Shown: piece by piece, positions 1 through 17,589 of the stretch
How positions within the stretch are numbered: position 1 is the stretch's first letter
Layout: every line of letters starts with the position of its first letter
From: Escherichia coli
GTDB taxonomy: Bacteria > Pseudomonadota > Gammaproteobacteria > Enterobacterales > Enterobacteriaceae
Assembly (NCBI RefSeq): GCF_013122565.1
Contig: NZ_CP053258.1
Strand: one strand, 5' to 3'
Length of the DNA: 64,000 nucleotides
Translations under genes and position numbers: made by a program
Notes under the pieces: generated by a model
What the model was told of the DNA's origin: nothing
Seen by the model: the letters and a program-made list of their open reading frames with translations, nothing else
Databases searched by the model: none

Positions 1-1842
1 GGCTGCGAATGCGTGCTGGCGACCGATTATCGTCTGGCGACGCCGGATCTGCGCATCGGTCTGCCGGAAACCAAACTGGGCATCATGCCGGGCTTTGGCG
101 GTTCTGTACGTATGCCACGTATGCTGGGCGCTGACAGTGCGCTGGAAATCATTGCCGCCGGTAAAGATGTCGGCGCGGATCAGGCGCTGAAAATCGGTCT
201 GGTGGATGGTGTAGTCAAAGCAGAAAAACTGGTTGAAGGGGCGATGGCGATTTTACGCCAGGCCATTAACGGCGACCTCGACTGGAAAGCAAAACGTCAG
301 CCGAAGCTGGAACCGCTAAAACTGAGCAAGATTGAAGCCACCATGAGCTTCACCATCGCTAAAGGGATGGTCGCACAAACGGCGGGGAAACATTATCCGG
401 CCCCCATCACCGCAGTAAAAACCATTGAAGCTGCGGCCCGTTTTGGTCGTGAAGAAGCATTAAACCTGGAAAACAAAAGTTTTGTCCCGCTGGCGCACAC
501 CAACGAAGCCCGCGCACTGGTCGGCATCTTCCTTAACGATCAATATGTAAAAGGCAAAGCGAAGAAACTCACCAAAGACGTTGAAACCCCGAAACAGGCC
601 GCTGTGCTGGGCGCAGGCATTATGGGCGGCGGCATCGCTTACCAGTCTGCATGGAAAGGCGTGCCGGTTGTCATGAAAGATATCAACGACAAGTCGTTAA
701 CCCTCGGCATGACCGAAGCCGCGAAACTGCTGAACAAGCAGCTTGAACGCGGCAAGATCGATGGTCTGAAACTGGCTGGCGTGATCTCCACGATCCACCC
801 AACGCTCGATTACGCCGGATTTGACCGCGTGGATGTTGTAGTAGAAGCGGTTGTTGAAAACCCGAAAGTGAAAAAAGCCGTACTGGCAGAAACCGAGCAG
901 AAAGTACGCCCGGATACCGTGCTGGCGTCTAACACTTCAACCATTCCTATCAGCGAACTGGCCAACGCGCTGGAACGTCCGGAAAACTTCTGCGGGATGC
1001 ACTTCTTTAACCCGGTCCACCGAATGCCGTTGGTGGAAATTATTCGCGGCGAGAAAAGCTCCGACGAAACCATCGCGAAAGTCGTCGCCTGGGCGAGCAA
1101 GATGGGCAAAACGCCGATTGTGGTTAACGACTGCCCCGGCTTCTTCGTCAACCGTGTGCTGTTCCCGTATTTCGCCGGTTTCAGCCAGCTGCTGCGCGAC
1201 GGCGCGGATTTCCGCAAGATCGACAAAGTGATGGAAAAACAGTTTGGCTGGCCGATGGGTCCGGCATATCTGCTGGACGTTGTGGGCATTGACACCGCGC
1301 ATCACGCTCAGGCAGTCATGGCAGCAGGCTTCCCGCAGCGGATGCAGAAAGATTATCGCGATGCCATCGACGCGCTGTTTGATGCCAACCGCTTTGGTCA
1401 GAAGAACGGCCTCGGTTTCTGGCGTTATAAAGAAGACAGCAAAGGTAAGCCGAAGAAAGAAGAAGACGCCGCTGTTGACGACCTGCTGGCAGAAGTGAGC
1501 CAGCCGAAGCGCGATTTCAGCGAAGAAGAGATTATCGCCCGCATGATGATCCCGATGGTCAACGAAGTGGTGCGCTGTCTGGAAGAAGGCATTATCGCCA
1601 CTCCGGCAGAAGCGGATATGGCGCTGGTCTACGGCCTGGGCTTCCCTCCGTTCCACGGCGGCGCGTTCCGCTGGCTGGACACCCTCGGCAGCGCAAAATA
1701 CCTCGATATGGCACAGCAATATCAGCACCTCGGCCCGCTATACGAAGTGCCGGAAGGTCTGCGTAATAAAGCACGTCATAACGAACCGTACTATCCCCCG
1801 GTTGAGCCAGCCCGTCCGGTTGGCGACCTGAAAACGGCTTAA
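1..1842 (+). CDS. fadB: Fatty acid oxidation complex alpha subunit (enoyl-CoA hydratase / 3-hydroxyacyl-CoA dehydrogenase), 5' end truncated by window edge
   Basis: Frame 1 is open from position 1; 609 aa visible of the ~729-aa protein; recognised NAD-binding and hydratase regions; immediately followed by fadA with an AGGAG RBS. Confidence 0.93.
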   Translation, partial: GCECVLATDYRLATPDLRIGLPETKLGIMPGFGGSVRMPRMLGADSALEIIAAGKDVGADQALKIGLVDGVVKAEKLVEGAMAILRQAINGDLDWKAKRQPKLEPLKLSKIEATMSFTIAKGMVAQTAGKHYPAPITAVKTIEAAARFGREEALNLENKSFVPLAHTNEARALVGIFLNDQYVKGKAKKLTKDVETPKQAAVLGAGIMGGGIAYQSAWKGVPVVMKDINDKSLTLGMTEAAKLLNKQLERGKIDGLKLAGVISTIHPTLDYAGFDRVDVVVEAVVENPKVKKAVLAETEQKVRPDTVLASNTSTIPISELANALERPENFCGMHFFNPVHRMPLVEIIRGEKSSDETIAKVVAWASKMGKTPIVVNDCPGFFVNRVLFPYFAGFSQLLRDGADFRKIDKVMEKQFGWPMGPAYLLDVVGIDTAHHAQAVMAAGFPQRMQKDYRDAIDALFDANRFGQKNGLGFWRYKEDSKGKPKKEEDAAVDDLLAEVSQPKRDFSEEEIIARMMIPMVNEVVRCLEEGIIATPAEADMALVYGLGFPPFHGGAFRWLDTLGSAKYLDMAQQYQHLGPLYEVPEGLRNKARHNEPYYPPVEPARPVGDLKTA

Positions 1843-3015
<1,173 letters not shown>

Positions 3016-3020
3016 GCACT

Positions 3021-3215
<195 letters not shown>

Positions 3216-3296
3216 GATACGTCATAGATCTAAATGCCACTGAATAACAGTTTAGTTGCCGTTCTTCCCGCCTGTCAGGGGCGGGTTTTTTATATC

Positions 3297-3998
3297 TCAG
3301 ATAAATGCAAACGCATCGCCAAACAGGCGATCTTCCCGCGCATTACGCTCACTGCAAAACAGGTCACGAGCAATTTTCGCCATCTCAAAACGTCCGGCAA
3401 TATAGATATCATGCTCTGCCAGCGTACCGTGATCCTGCAATACCGCCGTTAACACGGTGCCAGTACGCCCACGCCAGCCCGCTTCCGGTTGTTCAACCAC
3501 CGGCACCACTTGCAGACCAGGGTGCTTTAACGAAAGCGCCTCAAGCTCGCAGAGATCATACAGATGCTGCTCTTCACGCCCGCCCCAGTAAATGGTGATA
3601 TCACGGTTTGGGTTACGCGCCAACGCTGTCAGCAAAATCGAGCGGGCATAAGAGAACCCGGTGCCGCCCGCAATCAAAATCATCGGACGCTCTTCATCAT
3701 CGCGCAGCCACGCTTCTCCGTGGGGAATATCGACCACGATTTGATGATCTTTGAGGATGCGGTCCATGACTGCTTTCGCGTAAAGGTTGATTTCAGAAGC
3801 GCCAATATGCAGCTCGATAAACCCTTTTTCATCCGGCGTCGAGGCCATTGAGAACGGACGTTTGTCGCGCTCATCCATCACTACCATCAAATACTGACCA
3901 GCACGAAAAGAAAAGGCCGCGTCTGGCACGATGCGGACACGATATACGGTATCCGTGATAGCTTCTACCGAGGTCACTTTACAGCTTAAGGTTGTCAT
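3297..3998 (-). CDS. fre: NAD(P)H-flavin reductase
   Basis: Track ORF 3297..4031; trimmed to the [15 protein letters not shown] start, giving the known 233 aa. Confidence 0.9.
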
Positions 3999-4043
3999 GC
4001 GCTTTCTCTGTCGGATCGATAAATAGGGCAAAACAAACGCGCA

Positions 4044-5537
4044 TCAGGCGCTTTTACCGTTGTTAAAAATAGCCAGTTCATCCCAGATGGCGTCAATATG
4101 CGCGACAACATCTGGATCTTTTTTGATGGGACGCCCCCATTCACGCTGGGTTTCCCCCGGCCATTTATTCGTGGCATCCAGCCCCATTTTTGAACCCAGC
4201 CCGGAGACAGGCGAGGCAAAATCCAGATAATCAATAGGCGTATTTTCTACCAGAACAGTATCCCGCGCCGGGTCCATACGGGTGGTAATCGCCCAAATCA
4301 CATCGTTCCAGTCGCGTGCGTTGACGTCATCATCGCAAACGATCACAAATTTAGTGTACATAAACTGGCGTAAGAACGACCAGACGCCCATCATGACGCG
4401 CTTCGCGTGTCCGGCGTACTGCTTTTTGATTGTCACTACCGCCAGGCGATAAGAACAGCCTTCCGGCGGCAGGTAGAAATCGACAATTTCCGGGAACTGT
4501 TTTTGCAGAATCGGCACGAACACTTCGTTCAACGCCACGCCCAGCACTGCCGGTTCATCTGGTGGACGGCCGGTATAAGTGGAGTGATAAATCGCATCTT
4601 CACGCTGGGTAATATGCGTCACGGTAAATACCGGGAAACTATCGACTTCGTTATAGTAACCGGTGTGGTCGCCATACGGCCCTTCCGGCGCAGTTTCGCC
4701 TTGTTCGATATACCCTTCCAGCACAATCTCCGCACTGGCGGGCACTTCAAGGTCATTGGAAATACACTTCACCACTTCGGTCTTGGTGCCACGTAGCAAT
4801 CCGGCAAACGCATACTCTGAAAGCGTATCCGGAACGGGAGTGACTGCACCGAGAATCGTGGCGGGATCGGCACCCAGCGCCACAGAAACCGGGAAACGTT
4901 CGCCCGGATGCGCCGCACACCACTCCTGATAATCCAGCGCGCCGCCGCGATGCGACAGCCAGCGCATAATCAGTTTGTTTTTACCAATCAGCTGCTGGCG
5001 ATAAATGCCCAGATTCTGCCGCTCTTTATGCGGGCCGCGCGTCACGGTCAGCCCCCAGGTAATCAGCGGCGCGGCATCTTCCGGCCAGCAGGTCATAATG
5101 GGAATGCGATTGAGATCGACGTCATCGCCAGAGACGATTTTTTGTTGGCAAGGCGCACCACGCAGCCGCTTTGTCGGCATGTTCAATACTTGCTTAAACT
5201 GCGGCAGTTTATCAAACAGGTCGCGGAAACCTTTTGGCGGCTCCGGCTCTTTCAGAAACGCCAATAATTTACCAACTTCACGCAGCGCCGAAACATCTTC
5301 CTGCCCCATGCCCATCGCCACGCGCTTTGGCGTACCGAACAGGTTGCACAGCACCGGCATTGAGTAGCCTTTAGGGTTTTCGAACAACAGCGCAGGCCCA
5401 CCGGCACGCAAAGTGCGGTCAGCAATTTCAGTGATTTCCAGATGCGGATCCACCGGGAGCGTGATACGTTTTAGCTCACCCTGCTGTTCAAGCAGCGTCA
5501 GGAAGTCGCGTAAATCGTTATATTTCATGGCGTCCAT
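4044..5537 (-). CDS. ubiD: 3-octaprenyl-4-hydroxybenzoate decarboxylase
   Basis: 497 aa, recognised UbiD sequence. Confidence 0.93.
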   Translation of the reverse strand: MDAMKYNDLRDFLTLLEQQGELKRITLPVDPHLEITEIADRTLRAGGPALLFENPKGYSMPVLCNLFGTPKRVAMGMGQEDVSALREVGKLLAFLKEPEPPKGFRDLFDKLPQFKQVLNMPTKRLRGAPCQQKIVSGDDVDLNRIPIMTCWPEDAAPLITWGLTVTRGPHKERQNLGIYRQQLIGKNKLIMRWLSHRGGALDYQEWCAAHPGERFPVSVALGADPATILGAVTPVPDTLSEYAFAGLLRGTKTEVVKCISNDLEVPASAEIVLEGYIEQGETAPEGPYGDHTGYYNEVDSFPVFTVTHITQREDAIYHSTYTGRPPDEPAVLGVALNEVFVPILQKQFPEIVDFYLPPEGCSYRLAVVTIKKQYAGHAKRVMMGVWSFLRQFMYTKFVIVCDDDVNARDWNDVIWAITTRMDPARDTVLVENTPIDYLDFASPVSGLGSKMGLDATNKWPGETQREWGRPIKKDPDVVAHIDAIWDELAIFNNGKSA

Positions 5538-5658
5538 TGTAGCCTCTTAATCTACGCCCATTATACGGCGTTCATCTTTGCGATGCTGTAAATTTGTTAA
5601 ATTAGCGTGAACTCTGACGGTATAACGCAAACCGGGGAATATAATTAACTTAGCGTAA

Positions 5659-6971
<1,313 letters not shown>

Positions 6972-7012
6972 CCTGAACTCCATATGACAACCGCCCTGAC
7001 GGGCGGTTGAAT

Positions 7013-7789
7013 TTATTCTTCAGTTTTTTCGCTTTCTGCTTCAGCGTCGTTTTCCTCTTCCCGATTTCGCCCTTTACCAACGTAAAAGCGTGAGAAGAAG
7101 ACACCGATTTCAAACAGGCAGTACATCGGGATCGCTAACAGCGTTTGCGAGAAGACATCTGGCGGCGTCAGCAGCATCCCGACAACGAATGCGCCAACCA
7201 GCACATACGGGCGTTTTTTGCGTAAATCCTCTGGCGAAGTAATCCCCATCCAGCACAACAGCACAATTGCCACCGGCACTTCAAAGGAGACACCAAACGC
7301 CATAAACAACGCCATAACGAAGCTTAAATAGCTGGCGATGTCGGTGGATACCTGTACCCCTTCCGGCGCGGTATTGGCAAGGAAGCCAAATGCCAGCGGA
7401 AAGACCACAAAGTAGGCGAACGCCATGCCGATATAAAAAAGCAGAGAGCTGGAAACCAGCAGCGGCACCACCAGGCGACGTTCATGCTTATACAGCGCTG
7501 GGGCGATAAACGCCCACACCTGATAGAGAATCACCGGCGCTGACAGAATCAGCGACACCATAAAGGTCAGCTTGATCGGCGTAAAGAACGGCGAGGCCAC
7601 GTCGGTGGCGATCATCGTTGAACCTTGCGGCAACTGCTTGATCAATGGCGCGGATACCAGGTGATAGATGTCATTGGCGAAATAGACCAGACACAGGAAT
7701 ATCACGATCACCGCGATAATGCAGTTCAGCAGACGCTTACGCAGCTCAATCAGATGCGTGATAAGCGGTTGAGTATCTTCTACAGACAT
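7013..7789 (-). CDS. tatC: Twin-arginine translocase subunit TatC
   Basis: 258 aa polytopic membrane protein, recognised sequence. Confidence 0.95.
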
Positions 7790-7791
7790 GT

Positions 7792-8307
7792 TTACGGTTT
7801 ATCACTCGACGAAGGGGAAGGTGCAGCGGTTTTCGGTTCAGCGTCCGCAGCAGGTTTTACCACCGGCTCTGGCGTGGTTTCTGGCTTCTGTTCCGGCGAA
7901 CTGGCCTGCGTTTGTGCAGCGGCAGGCGTTACGCCCTCATGCGCAGCTTCATTGTCTTTCACCACCGAGTTATGGATGGTGTGCGCTTCATCGCTCGCCT
8001 TTTCAGGATCGTTTGCAACGTAGGAACGCTTCATCGACTCCGCGGCCTGGCGTAGTTCATCCATCGACGCTTTCAGTTCGGGCGTCAGGTTAGTGAGGCT
8101 CGCCTTTTCAACCTTTTTCAGACTGTCCTGAAACTCCTGGAGTTTTAACTCCTGGGTCAGTTCGTTCTGCACCGTTGTCGCCAGTGAACGCAACGCGCGA
8201 ATCCAGCCCGCTACCGTTTTTACCGCCACAGGCAGTCGTTGCGGCCCCAGAACGACGAGGCCGATGATGAACACCAATAGCAGTTCGCTAAAACCGATAT
8301 CAAACAC
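7792..8307 (-). CDS. tatB: Twin-arginine translocase subunit TatB
   Basis: 171 aa, [26 protein letters not shown]. Confidence 0.95.
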
Positions 8308-8310
8308 GGA

Positions 8311-8580
8311 TTACACCTGCTCTTTATCGTGGCGCTTCGCGTCTTCTGTTTTAGCCTGTTCCTGATTCGTATCCGCCTGCTTATCGGCGATAGTTTTCGC
8401 AGTAAAATCAGCATCCTGACTGGTTTTATCCTGCTTTGGTTCATCATCGCTCATTGCTTTTTTAAAGCCTTTGATCGACGCACCAAGATCGGAACCGATG
8501 GAGCCGAGCTTTTTGGTGCCAAAAAGCAGTACAACGATGACGGCAATAATCAATAACTGCCAAATACTGATACCACCCAT
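8311..8580 (-). CDS. tatA: Twin-arginine translocase subunit TatA
   Basis: Track ORF trimmed to [27 protein letters not shown], 89 aa. Confidence 0.92.
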   Translation of the reverse strand: MGGISIWQLLIIAVIVVLLFGTKKLGSIGSDLGASIKGFKKAMSDDEPKQDKTSQDADFTAKTIADKQADTNQEQAKTEDAKRHDKEQV

Positions 8581-8658
8581 ACATGTTCCTCTGTGGTAGA
8601 TGATGATTAAACAAGGCCGCATTATACGTTACACGGCCCGCCTTGAGCGATGAAAAAA

Positions 8659-10901
<2,243 letters not shown>

Positions 10902-10914
10902 TTCCGGTCTCCTG

Positions 10915-11670
10915 TCAGAACTTATAACCACGATGCAGCGCCACAACCCCTGCCGTCAGATTGTAGTAGTCGACACTTTCGAATCCGGCATCCTGCATCA
11001 TGGCTTTCAGGGTATCCTGATCGGGATGCATACGGATGGATTCTGCCAGATAACGGTAGCTGTCGGCGTCGTTCGCGACCAGTGAGCCAATACGCGGCAG
11101 CACATGGAAGGAGTATGCATCATAGGCTTTGCTCAGCGGCTCGATAATTGGCTTCGAGAACTCAAGCACCAGCAGGCGGCCGCCGGGTTTCAGCACGCGA
11201 TACATTGAACGCAGTGCTTTATCTTTGTCGGTGACGTTACGCAGACCAAACGAAATGGTGATGCAATCAAAGGTGTTATCCGGGAACGGCAGCGCCTCAG
11301 CGTTCGCCTGAACATACTCAACGTTGCCAATCACACCGATATTACGCAGCTTCTCGCGGCCCATTTTGAGCATGGATTCATTGATATCAGCAAGGACCAC
11401 TTTGCCAGTTTCTCCGACCAGGCGGGAGAATTTTGCTGTCAGGTCGCCGGTGCCACCAGCCAGATCCAGCACGGTCTGCCCACGGCGTACGCCGCTGCAA
11501 TCAATCGTGAATCGCTTCCACAAACGATGAATACCGAATGACATCAAATCATTCATGACATCGTATTTCGATGCCACGGAATGGAAAACGTGGGCGACCA
11601 TATCCGCTTTTTGTTCCTTCGCGACGGTCTGAAAACCAAAGTGCGTCGTTTCTTGTGACTTATCCACCAT
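10915..11670 (-). CDS. ubiE: Ubiquinone/menaquinone C-methyltransferase
   Basis: 251 aa, SAM-binding [10 protein letters not shown] motif. Confidence 0.95.
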
Positions 11671-11764
11671 CTCAATGCCTGCTCATCAAAAAATTGTTCC
11701 AGAAGTGTAACAGATTGGGCGTCGATGCCCTAGATTTCTACCCGGCTTAACTACCCCCAATGGG

Positions 11765-13192
11765 CTAGCGCGACTGCTGATTATATTCATCATCGCGTTG
11801 ATAAGCTTCATCATTCGGCTGCTCCGGAACCGACCGAAGTCGATACTCTTCATCCTGGCTCACCGCCTGTTCAGCCAAATCCGGATTAATCTCGCGTTTA
11901 ATTTCTACTCCTAAACCGCGAAACGCTTCTGCCTGCGCCAGCACATTTCCGCGACCTGAAGAGAGTTTTTTCATTGCCTGGCGGTAGTTATCCTGCGCTT
12001 TGTCGAGACTTTGACCAATCGCTGACATGTCATCGACGAACAAACGCATCTTGTCGTACAGCTTGCTGGCACGATCGGCGATTTGCTGGGCGTTGCGGCT
12101 TTGATGCTCATAACGCCACAGGTTGGCGATAGTGCGCAGCGCCACCAGCAGCGTAGTCGGGCTAACCAGCATGATATTGTTTTTCAACGCTTCGGTGATC
12201 AGCTCCGGCTGGCGGTCAAGCGCCAGTAAAAAAGCGGGTTCAACGGGAATAAACATCAGCACGTAATCCAGGGTTCGCAGCCCCGGCAGCTGTTGATAAT
12301 CTTTGCGTCCCAGCAAACGGATATGGTTACGCACCGACGCGATATGTTCCTGTAGCGCGCTTTCGCGGGTGTAGTCGTCTTCGGCGTTAAAATAGCGTTC
12401 ATAGGCGACCAGCGTCATTTTGGCGTCGATCACCACATCTTTTCCCTGCGGCAGCCGCACGATGACATCCGGCTGCATCCGCGAGCGGGCGTCATTTTCG
12501 ATGCTGACCTGGGTTTCATATTCATACCCTTCACGCAGACCGGAAGCCTCCAGCACCCGCGTCAATACTACCTCGCCCCAGTTGCCCTGGGTTTTATTGT
12601 CGCCTTTCAGCGCGCGCGTCAGGTTGATCGCTTCCTGGGCCATTTGCGCGTTGAGCTGCTGGAGATTGCGAATTTCGTGGGTCAGGGTATGGCGTTCTTG
12701 TGCTTCTTTACCAAAGCTGTCCTGAACCTGACGGCGGAAACCGTCCAGTTGTTCACGTAGCGGCGACAACAGGCTGTTCAGGCTCTGACGGTTTTGCTCA
12801 TCAACCCGGCGATTGCTGTGCTCAAAAATACGGTTGGCGAGGTTTTCAAACTGCTCACTGAGGCGCTGCTCGCTGTTAATCATCTGGCGAATTTTATCGT
12901 CAGCATGTTGCTGTGCGGCTTCCATCCGCGTGGTTACTTCACGCAGATCGGCCTCCAGAGAGGTGTTAATACTTTGCAGGCTGCGCACTTCGTTATTGAG
13001 TAACTCGCACTCTGCACGCCAGTGCTCGCTTAGGGTAATTTGTTGTTTTGCCGCGCTTAACTCCGCGACCATCTCTTCACGTTCAGCTAATTGCTCGGCT
13101 TTTTGCTGCGCATGTTGATAACTGGCAAACAGCCAGCCAATTGCCACACCCACCAACGCAATAACTGCGTAAACCATGATTGAGAAATCCAC
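11765..13192 (-). CDS. rmuC: DNA recombination protein RmuC
   Basis: 475 aa, N-terminal TM segment then long coiled-coil, RmuC C-terminal domain. Confidence 0.9.
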   Translation of the reverse strand: MDFSIMVYAVIALVGVAIGWLFASYQHAQQKAEQLAEREEMVAELSAAKQQITLSEHWRAECELLNNEVRSLQSINTSLEADLREVTTRMEAAQQHADDKIRQMINSEQRLSEQFENLANRIFEHSNRRVDEQNRQSLNSLLSPLREQLDGFRRQVQDSFGKEAQERHTLTHEIRNLQQLNAQMAQEAINLTRALKGDNKTQGNWGEVVLTRVLEASGLREGYEYETQVSIENDARSRMQPDVIVRLPQGKDVVIDAKMTLVAYERYFNAEDDYTRESALQEHIASVRNHIRLLGRKDYQQLPGLRTLDYVLMFIPVEPAFLLALDRQPELITEALKNNIMLVSPTTLLVALRTIANLWRYEHQSRNAQQIADRASKLYDKMRLFVDDMSAIGQSLDKAQDNYRQAMKKLSSGRGNVLAQAEAFRGLGVEIKREINPDLAEQAVSQDEEYRLRSVPEQPNDEAYQRDDEYNQQSR

Positions 13193-13283
13193 AACGCCTC
13201 CTGACGCAACAACTTACCCGCACAAAATAGAATTGTGCTGTACAAACGTCCAGTTGGAAAGGCATTTCCTGCGAGGTGCTACG

Positions 13284-13317
13284 CAAAAATACAAAAGGCC
13301 GAACGCGTCGGCCTTCA
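13284..13317 (-). terminator. Rho-independent terminator downstream of udp
   Basis: Minus-strand hairpin aaggccgacgcgttcggcctt followed by a T-rich run. Confidence 0.6.
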
Positions 13318-13332
13318 GACAGGAGAAGAGAA

Positions 13333-14094
13333 TTACAGCAGACGACGCGCCGCTTCCACCACGATTTTCACCGCTTGGCTTTCAGTTTGTTTCATCGTCT
13401 CAGCATTCGGGATCTCTTGCTGGGTGCGGTTAACGATAACACCCGCTACCATACCGGCACGCAGGCCCTGAGTTGCACACATGGTCAGCAGGGTTGCAGA
13501 TTCCATTTCATAGTTCATTACGCCCATCGCCTGCCACTCTTCCATAGAACCTTTAAAGTGACGAACTACGCGACCAGAGTAAGTATCGTAACGTTCCTGA
13601 CCTGGGTAGAAGGTATCAGAAGAAGCTGTCACGCCAACGTGAGTTGTCGCGCCAATGGATTTCGCAGCTTCAACCAGCGCAGTCGTACATTCGAAATCAG
13701 CGACAGCCGGGAATTCCAGCGGTGCGAAGTGCAGGCTCGCGCCATCCAGACGGACAGACGCCGTGGTAACCAGGACATCACCCACATTAATATGCGGCTG
13801 AATAGCGCCCGTTGTACCGATACGCAGGAAGGTGCGAATGCCCAGCTGTGCCAGCTCTTCAACAGCAATAGAGGTAGAAGGGCCACCGATACCGGTAGAG
13901 CAGACAATAACAGGTTTACCATCCAGCTCTGCACGCCAGGTGGTGAATTCGCGGTGAGATGCCAGCTTAACCGGCTTATCCATCAGCGCGGCGATCTTTT
14001 CCACACGATCCGGGTCGCCAGGGACGATGGCAAGCGTAGCCCCTTGTAAATCGTTTTTAGTGAGGCCGAGATGAAAAACATCAGACTTGGACAT
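13333..14094 (-). CDS. udp: Uridine phosphorylase
   Basis: Trimmed to [19 protein letters not shown], 253 aa. Confidence 0.93.
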   Translation of the reverse strand: MSKSDVFHLGLTKNDLQGATLAIVPGDPDRVEKIAALMDKPVKLASHREFTTWRAELDGKPVIVCSTGIGGPSTSIAVEELAQLGIRTFLRIGTTGAIQPHINVGDVLVTTASVRLDGASLHFAPLEFPAVADFECTTALVEAAKSIGATTHVGVTASSDTFYPGQERYDTYSGRVVRHFKGSMEEWQAMGVMNYEMESATLLTMCATQGLRAGMVAGVIVNRTQQEIPNAETMKQTESQAVKIVVEAARRLL

Positions 14095-14355
14095 ATACAA
14101 CTCCTCTGTGAATCGGTTTAGTCAGAAGAAGCAAAAAGACACTTTACCGAAGGGTTTAACATTTTTTCGTGATACTCATCACCATGACGCAAATGCGTTG
14201 CATAAATTTACCCACCAAAAGTGATGCAAATCACATAAATCACTCTTCATTCTGCAGGACTGCATAAAAGATGAGCCGATTCAGGCAATGTGATTTGTTG
14301 CATGCTGACTATAGTTAACATTGCGCAACATTTTTATAAGGGTACGGAGAATACC

Positions 14356-15171
14356 ATGGCAACAACACAACAATCTGGATTTGCACCTGCTGCATCGCCT
14401 CTCGCTTCGACCATCGTTCAGACCCCGGACGACGCGATTGTGGCAGGCTTCACCTCTATCCCTTCACAAGGGGATAACATGCCTGCTTACCAGGCAAGAC
14501 CAAAGCAAAGCGATGGCCCACTGCCAGTGGTCATTGTAGTGCAGGAAATTTTTGGCGTGCATGAACATATCCGCGACATTTGTCGCCGTCTGGCGCTGGA
14601 GGGGTATCTGGCTATCGCACCTGAACTTTACTTCCGCGAAGGCGATCCGAATGATTTTGCCGATATCCCCACGTTGCTTAGCGGTCTGGTAGCAAAAGTG
14701 CCTGACTCGCAGGTGCTGGCCGATCTCGATCATGTCGCCAGTTGGGCTTCCCGCAACGGCGGCGATGCTCATCATTTAATGATCACCGGATTCTGCTGGG
14801 GTGGACGTATCACGTGGTTGTATGCCGCGCATAATCCACAGCTAAAAGCCGCAGTGGCGTGGTATGGCAAACTGACGGGCGATAAGTCGCTGAATTCACC
14901 GAAACAACCTGTTGATATCGCAACCGATCTTAACGCGCCGGTTCTCGGCTTATATGGTGGTCAGGATAACAGCATTCCGCAGGAGAGCGTTGAAACCATG
15001 CGCCAGGCGCTGCGGGCTGCTAATGCGAAAGCAGAGATTATCGTGTACCCGGATGCCGGGCATGCATTCAACGCTGATTATCGCCCGAGCTATCATGCCG
15101 AATCTGCAAAAGATGGCTGGCAACGAATGCTGGAATGGTTCAGGCAGTATGGTGGGAAGAAGTCACTGTAA
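14356..15171 (+). CDS. ysgA: Dienelactone hydrolase family protein (putative carboxymethylenebutenolidase)
   Basis: Trimmed to [14 protein letters not shown] with ggaga RBS, 271 aa; divergent from udp. Confidence 0.8.
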   Translation: MATTQQSGFAPAASPLASTIVQTPDDAIVAGFTSIPSQGDNMPAYQARPKQSDGPLPVVIVVQEIFGVHEHIRDICRRLALEGYLAIAPELYFREGDPNDFADIPTLLSGLVAKVPDSQVLADLDHVASWASRNGGDAHHLMITGFCWGGRITWLYAAHNPQLKAAVAWYGKLTGDKSLNSPKQPVDIATDLNAPVLGLYGGQDNSIPQESVETMRQALRAANAKAEIIVYPDAGHAFNADYRPSYHAESAKDGWQRMLEWFRQYGGKKSL

Positions 15172-15210
15172 TGATAAAAGGCCGGGTGGCGTTGCCACCC
15201 GGTTCGGATT

Positions 15211-17472
15211 TTACCCCCGACGCAAATTCTGCGCCGCCTGCACCATGTTCGCCAGTGCCGCGCGGGTTTCTGGCCAGCCGCGCGTTTTCAGGCCACAGTC
15301 CGGGTTGACCCACAGGCGCTCTGCCGGAATGCGTTTTGCCGCTTTCTTCAGCAAGGCTTCAATCCATTCCACGCTCGGTACGTTTGGCGAGTGAATGTCA
15401 TAGACGCCTGGACCGATTTCATTCGGATAATCAAACTCTTCGAACGACTCCAGCAACTCCATGTCAGAACGCGAGGTTTCGATGGTGATGACGTCTGCGT
15501 CCAGCGCCGCAATCGAATCCATGATGTCGTTGAACTCGCAATAACACATGTGGGTGTGGATTTGTGTGTCATCTTTCGCCACGGCGGCGTTGATACGGAA
15601 GGCCTCTACGCCCCACTGGAGATAGGCATCCCAGTCGCTACGACGCAGCGGTAAACCTTCGCGCAGCGCCGGTTCATCAATCTGGATGATGCCAATTCCT
15701 GCGGCTTCCAGGTCCGCCACTTCATCACGCAGCGCCAGCGCAATTTGTTTGGCGATGGTTTCACGGCTGACATCTTCACGCGGGAACGACCAGCAGAGAA
15801 TGGTCACCGGGCCAGTCAGCATCCCTTTCACCGGTTTATCAGTCAGAGATTGCGCATACTTCGCCCACTCCACGGTAATCGGTGCCGGGCGGCTAACGTC
15901 ACCAATGACAATCGGTGGCTTCACGCAGCGGGAACCGTAGCTCTGTACCCAACCGTTTTGCGTAAAGACAAAACCGTCGAGGTGCTCGCCAAAGTATTCC
16001 ACCATGTCATTACGCTCAGCCTCGCCATGAACCAGCACATCCAGTCCCAAACGTTCCTGCTCAACAATGGCCTGCTTGATATGTTCCGCAATGCCCGTGC
16101 GGTAGTTGTTAGCGTCGAGATTACCCTTTTTGAAATCCAGACGCAGGGTACGAATTTCCGTAGTTTGCGGGAAAGAACCAATCGTGGTGGTCGGCCATGC
16201 TGGGAGTTTAAAACGCGCACGCTGGGCTTCAGCACGCACTTCATAGACATTCGCACGCTGACTGTCCTGAGCGGTGATCGCTGCCAGACGCTTTTCCACC
16301 GCCGGATTATGTACGCGGGTTGAGTGACGACGCGCCTGAATCGGGGCGCTCCACTCTGCCAGAGCTGCCGTGTCACCACTGTTCAGCGCATCGCGCAGCA
16401 GTGCCAGTTCATGGCATTTTTGTAGGGCGAAGGCAAACCAGCTTTTCACTTCTGCATCAAGACGCGTTTCCACGCTCAGGTCGATGGGGCTGTGCAACAG
16501 TGAGCAGGAAGATGCCACCCACAAATCGCGTTTGCCGACAATGTCCTTAATTTGCGCATATTTCTCGGTAAGATCGGCGCGCCAGACGTTACGACCATTG
16601 ATCAGACCCGCAGACAGCAACCAGTCAGAAGGCAGGCGCTTGTGCAGTTCAGCAACGTCATCTTTACCATGTACAAGGTCCACATGCAGCCCCTGAACAG
16701 GCAGCGCAGTAATCGTGTCGAGGTTTGGCGTTACGCCTTCAAAATAAGTGGTCAGCAGCAGTTTCACCTGGCCCTGGAGCGCGTCGTAAGCGGGTTTGTA
16801 TGCGTCCAGCCACGCCTGCGGTAGTTCCAGTACCAGCGCGGGTTCGTCGATCTGTACCCACTCAATGCCGCGTTTTGCCAGTTCTGCCAGCACTTGCTGA
16901 TAAACCGGCAGAATGTCGTTCAGCAGGCTCAGGCGGTCAAATTGTTCACCTTTCACTTTCCCCAGCCACAGCCAGGTAACCGGCCCCAGCAGCACAGGTT
17001 TCACCTTGTGGCCCAGCGCCAGCGCCTCGTCCACTTCGTCCAGCAGCTGCGTCCAGGTCAGTTTGAACTGTTGGCCTTTAACGAACTCCGGCACCATGTA
17101 GTGATAGTTGGTGTTAAACCATTTGGTCATTTCCGCTGCCGCCGCAGGTTCGCCAGTCGGCGCACGTCCACGACCAATACGGAACAGGGTGTCGATATCT
17201 ACCGAACCATCTTTGTTCTGATGACGCGCCGGAACGTTACCCAGCAGCAGACTGGTGGTCAGTACATGATCGTACCAGGCAAAATCGCCCACCGGCAGCA
17301 GGTCGATACCCGCTTGCTTTTGTTGATCCCAGTGACGAGCACGCAATTCACGCCCTACCGCCAGCAGTTCTTCACGCGTGGAGTTCCCCGCCCAATAACT
17401 CTCTTGCGCTTTTTTCAGCTCGCGACGCAGGCCAACGCGAGGGAAACCGAGGGTGTGATTAAGAATTGTCAT
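15211..17472 (-). CDS. metE: Cobalamin-independent methionine synthase
   Basis: 753 aa, [29 protein letters not shown]. Confidence 0.96.
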   Translation of the reverse strand: MTILNHTLGFPRVGLRRELKKAQESYWAGNSTREELLAVGRELRARHWDQQKQAGIDLLPVGDFAWYDHVLTTSLLLGNVPARHQNKDGSVDIDTLFRIGRGRAPTGEPAAAAEMTKWFNTNYHYMVPEFVKGQQFKLTWTQLLDEVDEALALGHKVKPVLLGPVTWLWLGKVKGEQFDRLSLLNDILPVYQQVLAELAKRGIEWVQIDEPALVLELPQAWLDAYKPAYDALQGQVKLLLTTYFEGVTPNLDTITALPVQGLHVDLVHGKDDVAELHKRLPSDWLLSAGLINGRNVWRADLTEKYAQIKDIVGKRDLWVASSCSLLHSPIDLSVETRLDAEVKSWFAFALQKCHELALLRDALNSGDTAALAEWSAPIQARRHSTRVHNPAVEKRLAAITAQDSQRANVYEVRAEAQRARFKLPAWPTTTIGSFPQTTEIRTLRLDFKKGNLDANNYRTGIAEHIKQAIVEQERLGLDVLVHGEAERNDMVEYFGEHLDGFVFTQNGWVQSYGSRCVKPPIVIGDVSRPAPITVEWAKYAQSLTDKPVKGMLTGPVTILCWSFPREDVSRETIAKQIALALRDEVADLEAAGIGIIQIDEPALREGLPLRRSDWDAYLQWGVEAFRINAAVAKDDTQIHTHMCYCEFNDIMDSIAALDADVITIETSRSDMELLESFEEFDYPNEIGPGVYDIHSPNVPSVEWIEALLKKAAKRIPAERLWVNPDCGLKTRGWPETRAALANMVQAAQNLRRG

Positions 17473-17499
17473 TATATGCCCCTTATGGAATTTTTAGTA

Positions 17500-17560
17500 T
17501 TTAGCCGTCCAGATGTTTACACATCCATAATTGGCGGTTACTGTATATTCCTCAAGCGCA
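17500..17560. promoter_or_regulatory. metE-metR divergent control region with tandem MetJ-box-like octamers
   Basis: agccgtcc agatgttt acacatcc resembles three tandem degenerate AGACGTCT met boxes, between divergent metE and metR starts. Confidence 0.45.
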
Positions 17561-17589
17561 AATTATTCATGCCGAAGTGAAGGACTTTC

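Noticed and set aside
13276-14049. 257-aa plus-strand ORF, and similar long ORFs at 23409..24116, 44451..45128, 48797..49330, 50164..50751, 57568..58797 and 61601..62347
   Set aside because: All lie antisense within well-supported genes (udp, recQ, hemX, aslA, aslB, wzxE/wecE, wecC), lack RBSs, and have arginine/histidine-rich shadow-frame composition typical of GC-rich antisense frames
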